Origin: Sediminibacterium sp.
GTDB taxonomy: Bacteria > Bacteroidota > Bacteroidia > Chitinophagales > Chitinophagaceae
Direction of reading: 5' to 3'
NCBI GenBank assembly: GCA_030726065.1
Contig: JANREK010000006.1
Location: 46,002 to 110,001, forward strand
Length of the DNA: 64,000 nt
The notes beneath the pieces were generated by a model, which had not been told where the DNA came from, ran no database searches, and saw only the letters and a list, made by a program, of their open reading frames with translations. The position numbers were made by a program, and so were the translations under genes. Positions within the stretch are counted from its first letter, which is position 1; each line of letters begins with the position of its first letter. Positions 60,750 through 64,000 of this stretch are shown here, piece by piece.

Positions 60750-61571
60750 TTATCCTTCTGTGATACCTGCTTTCTTCATAATCAAATCACTCACACCAGT
60801 AGTTGAATAACCGCCATCATGGAACAAGTTTTGCATCGTAACCATTTTAGTTAAGTCGGAAAATAAAGTCACACAATAGTTAGCGCAATCTTCAGCAGTA
60901 GCATTTCCTAGTGGTGCAATAGCATCCGCGTAATCAAAAAAGTCACCAAAGCCTTTGATACCTGTTCCTGCAGTTGTTTTAGTAGGCGATTGAGATACCG
61001 TATTCACACGCACTTTATTTCTTAATCCATAGTGATAGCCAAAACTACGTGCAATGGATTCAAGCAATGCTTTAATATCAGCCATATCGGTATAAAAAGG
61101 GAATGTTCGTTGTGCAGCAGCATAGGTTAAAGCAACCACACTCGCGTGGTCATTTAATGCATCCATTTTATAAGCAACACTTAGCATTTTATGTAATGAC
61201 ATTGCAGACACATCAACGCCTTTTGCGTAGTAATCATAATTCAATTCAGGGTAAGCAATTTTTTTACGAATATTCACACTCATGCCAATGGAATGAAGTA
61301 CGAAGTCAATTTTACCACCTAAAATTTCTTGAGATTGGGTAAAAAGATTCGTTAATTCCTCAACACTTGTCGCATCGGCTGGAACAATCTTAGAATTTGT
61401 TTTTTCAGCTAACCCATTAATCTCACCCATACGCATTGCGATAGGGGCGTTGGTTAAAACAAAAGTAGCACCTTCTTCATGTGCTTTTTCAGCCACTTTC
61501 CAAGCAATTGAATTGCTATCAAGTGCGCCAGTAATAATTCCTCTCTTTCCTTTCAATAAATTGTATGCCAT
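60750..61571 (-). CDS. fabI: enoyl-[acyl-carrier-protein] reductase (NADH), FabI
   Basis: 273 aa. It is an SDR-like protein with GKRGIITG and the Y-x6-K region (YTDMADIKALLES context), at FabI length and pattern. Confidence 0.92.
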   Translation of the reverse strand: MAYNLLKGKRGIITGALDSNSIAWKVAEKAHEEGATFVLTNAPIAMRMGEINGLAEKTNSKIVPADATSVEELTNLFTQSQEILGGKIDFVLHSIGMSVNIRKKIAYPELNYDYYAKGVDVSAMSLHKMLSVAYKMDALNDHASVVALTYAAAQRTFPFYTDMADIKALLESIARSFGYHYGLRNKVRVNTVSQSPTKTTAGTGIKGFGDFFDYADAIAPLGNATAEDCANYCVTLFSDLTKMVTMQNLFHDGGYSTTGVSDLIMKKAGITEG

Positions 61572-61712
61572 TTTGATGGTTTATTTAATTGCTGTAAAAA
61601 TAATTATAATATCCTTTAAAAAGTCAATAACTACCTGAATTGACTAATAAGCTTTCGTTAAAACAAGGGTGTGCGATAAAAAACAAGAATTACAATAAGA
61701 AGTATGCTAAAA

Positions 61713-63368
61713 TTACGCCCCTAAAAGTTCCTTGGCATTTTCCAAAGCAGATTTACTTGGTGGATCACCGCCAATCATAAGCGCAATATGTTGTACCCTT
61801 TCATTAGCCGAAAGTGCCCTTAAAAAAGTATTGGTACTGGTGCCCTTTTGTTCTTTATATACAAAAAGATGTGCATGGCCCTTGGCGGCTATTTGCGGTT
61901 GGTGGGTAATACATAGAACCTGTCTTGCTTGTCCTAGGCCTTGCAACAATAAACCTACTTGTTTGGCAGGTTCCCCTGAAATTCCAGTATCAATCTCATC
62001 AAATATCATGGTAGGTAAATCAATCGACTTAGCCACAAGTGATTTTATACAAAGCATCAAACGACTTAATTCACCACCGCTCGCAACTTTTTTGATGGGC
62101 TCAAACTTTTGGGTATTGTTTGCATCAAACAAAAAGTCAATTTTATCTTTTCCGTATGCATTGTAAGCAACCTCGTCAATCGTAACTTTTATTTTAGCAT
62201 TCGGCATACCTACTTGATGTAAAAGTTGGTTTACATTTTTGGTAAACGGAGCGGTTTCCTTATTTCTTTTTTGTGTTAAAGAAGTTGCCAATTCCACTAC
62301 TTGTTTTTCATCCGCTTTCACTTGTTTCGTGAGCTGATTAATTTCCTCATCCAAGCTAAGTACAGCTGTTAAGTCAAGCTCCAATTGTTGTTGGATACTT
62401 ATGAGTTCGTTGGTGCTTTGTACTTTGTGCTTTTTTTGTAAACTATAACCTTCTGATAAACGATCTTGTATCAGCACTAATTTCTTATCATCAAAATCTA
62501 TTTTGTCCTGCCAGTTGCTAAGCTCATTAGCTAAATCTGCTAGTTCAATTTGTGCAGCTTTCAAACGGTTTAATACATCTGCAAATTCAGGTTTCCATTT
62601 TACAATGCTATCTAAATTATTCGCAATTTGTTTTAACTGTTGCACAATTGGATTGTCGGCGCTTTCTAATACCTGAATGCTTTGATCTATTTGTGCTTTT
62701 ATGGAAACGGCATTTTCTAAAAACTTAAGTTCCTGTTCTAAATGTTCTAATTCATTTTCTTTTAATTGTAGTGCTGCTAATTCTTCTAATAAATGTTTTT
62801 TATAGCTTTCTGTTTTTTCAAATTCATCTCTTCTGGAAATTAATTCAGCTAATCGCTTTTGATGGTCCTTCCATAAATGGAAAACAGATTGATATTGTGC
62901 TAAATCCTTTTGGACGCCTGCTAAAGCGTCAATTACGGTGCGTTGAAAATCAGTATCGCCCAAAGTAAGGGTATCAAATTGTTGGTGCAAATCCACCAAC
63001 TGCGAAGTAAGTTGTTTAAGCTCATTCAAATTAATTGGCGTATCGTTGATAAAAGCCCTTGACTTTCCTTGTGCATTAATCTCACGACGAATAATTACTT
63101 CATCTGTTAAATCGAGTTCGTGTTCGGTAAAAAATGCTTGATACGTTTGTTTGTTGCTTAATGAAAAAGTGCCTTCAATAAAACATTTTTTTGAAGCGTC
63201 TCTACATACTGTGCTATCTGCTCTGTCGCCCAATATTAAACCAAGCGCACCCATGATAATACTTTTACCCGCACCAGTTTCACCAGTGATCACAGATAAT
63301 TGATTGGACAAATCAACACTGAGTTGGTCAATTAAAATGTAATTATGTATTTCGAGTTTGGATAACAT
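61713..63368 (-). CDS. recN: DNA repair protein RecN
   Basis: 551 aa. It has N-terminal Walker A GETGAGKS, a long central coiled coil, and a C-terminal SMC signature SGGELSRLML with Walker B IFDEIDTG. Confidence 0.95.
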   Translation of the reverse strand: MLSKLEIHNYILIDQLSVDLSNQLSVITGETGAGKSIIMGALGLILGDRADSTVCRDASKKCFIEGTFSLSNKQTYQAFFTEHELDLTDEVIIRREINAQGKSRAFINDTPINLNELKQLTSQLVDLHQQFDTLTLGDTDFQRTVIDALAGVQKDLAQYQSVFHLWKDHQKRLAELISRRDEFEKTESYKKHLLEELAALQLKENELEHLEQELKFLENAVSIKAQIDQSIQVLESADNPIVQQLKQIANNLDSIVKWKPEFADVLNRLKAAQIELADLANELSNWQDKIDFDDKKLVLIQDRLSEGYSLQKKHKVQSTNELISIQQQLELDLTAVLSLDEEINQLTKQVKADEKQVVELATSLTQKRNKETAPFTKNVNQLLHQVGMPNAKIKVTIDEVAYNAYGKDKIDFLFDANNTQKFEPIKKVASGGELSRLMLCIKSLVAKSIDLPTMIFDEIDTGISGEPAKQVGLLLQGLGQARQVLCITHQPQIAAKGHAHLFVYKEQKGTSTNTFLRALSANERVQHIALMIGGDPPSKSALENAKELLGA

Positions 63369-63420
63369 GGCTTAATGCAATATACACTACCCTAAAATGC
63401 TGCACAAATTTTGTTGTAAT

Positions 63421-63451
63421 AAAAAAGGGTCCTGATTGCTCTGGACCCTTT
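63421..63451 (-). terminator. intrinsic terminator after the zinc-ribbon gene, upstream of recN
   Basis: On the minus strand, the GGGTCC / GGACCC stem (63427-63432 / 63443-63448) is followed by T6. Confidence 0.6.
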
Positions 63452-63479
63452 AAGGAATATTTTCAAAATAGTTTTAAGT

Positions 63480-64000
63480 CTATTTTTTGGTCTTTTCTGG
63501 AGCGTTCGCCACATCTGACTCTACTAAAATACGACCGCAGTTTTCACAAACGATGATTTTTTTGTGTAAGCGAATTTCGCTTTGACGTTGTGGAGGAATT
63601 GAATTGAAGCAACCGCCACAAGCATCTCTTTTAACAGTAACAACGGCTAAGCCATTGTGGTAACTGTTCCTGATACGATCGTAACTGTATAATAAACGAT
63701 CGTCAATATGTGCACGCGCTTCTTCGCTTTTAGTTCTTAATTCTTTCTCTTCAATTTCTGTATCAGCGATGATTTTTTCTAATTCACTTTTTTTATGGGT
63801 CAATACACCATCTTTTGAAGCGATTGTTTTTTTAGCAGCATCCAATGCTTTGATTTTTTCGCTTAAATCTTCATTTGCATCACGGATGTATTTTTCAGCA
63901 AGTTTAATTTCTAACCCTTGTATTTCAAGCTCTTTGTTAATTGCTTCAAACTCACGGTTATTTTTAACATTCTCACTTTGAGATTCATATTTCGCTAATA
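63480..64000 (-). CDS. COG1579-type coiled-coil protein with a C-terminal C4 zinc ribbon; N-terminus outside the window
   Basis: The frame stays open upstream of the track's Met (63845) to the window edge (…NREFEAINKELEIQGLEIKLAEKY…). The C-terminus has CGGC…CENCGRIL. Confidence 0.75.
   Translation of the reverse strand, partial: LAKYESQSENVKNNREFEAINKELEIQGLEIKLAEKYIRDANEDLSEKIKALDAAKKTIASKDGVLTHKKSELEKIIADTEIEEKELRTKSEEARAHIDDRLLYSYDRIRNSYHNGLAVVTVKRDACGGCFNSIPPQRQSEIRLHKKIIVCENCGRILVESDVANAPEKTKK

Overview
This is an AT-rich 64-kb stretch of what looks like the core chromosome of a Bacteroidota bacterium. The phylum call rests on four things: a gldJ / porU-porV gliding and type IX secretion (T9SS) neighbourhood, TTG-N19-TAnnTTTG promoters, no Shine-Dalgarno sequences, and a dcw cluster lacking murF and ddl. 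I can support about 52 protein genes and one tRNA-Ser(GGA).

Content in order:
- 1-7 kb: an edge-truncated S8 subtilase that is missing from the ORF track, a small lipoprotein, and mfd.
- 7-12 kb: a 68-aa ORF, gyrB, an AraC-family regulator and an amidohydrolase.
- 12-17 kb: a minus-strand run of fumC, an enoyl-CoA hydratase, a B12-binding mutase subunit and gltX.
- 17-22 kb: a deacetylase, tatD, tRNA-Ser, and a minus-strand run of a DUF983 protein, murF, ispF and gldJ.
- 22-36 kb: porU, porV, dut, a DUF4292 lipoprotein, an M23 peptidase, glpK, glpF, atpD, atpC and an orphan histidine kinase.
- 36-54 kb: queA, then a complete dcw cluster (mraZ-rsmH-ftsL-ftsI-murE-mraY-murD-ftsW-murG-murC-ftsQ-ftsA-ftsZ).
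- 54-64 kb: an epimerase-like protein, a FadB-like enzyme, gatC, two ABC ATPases, a PduO-type adenosyltransferase, a DUF2795 protein, a PQ-loop protein, fabI, recN and a partial COG1579 zinc-ribbon gene.

I found no rRNA, CRISPR array, transposase, integrase, phage genes, toxin-antitoxin pair or recognisable defence genes. I do not see a convincing novel multi-gene system here; the window reads as ordinary housekeeping DNA.

The leads most worth a second look are small-scale:
- FtsZ has an exceptionally long, hyper-acidic linker that contains a 15-bp tandem repeat.
- A 141-bp element with terminal inverted repeats and nested hairpins sits against the 3' end of tRNA-Ser.
- Promoter -7 boxes recur 3-5 nt from start codons, which suggests leaderless mRNAs.
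- A phased GTG[GT] repeat array upstream of mraZ looks like a MraZ operator.
- A 68-aa ORF beside gyrB looks like a cysteine-depleted zinc ribbon.
- The GldJ homologue has no lipobox.

All functional calls come from reading the translations and motifs by eye. No database search was run.
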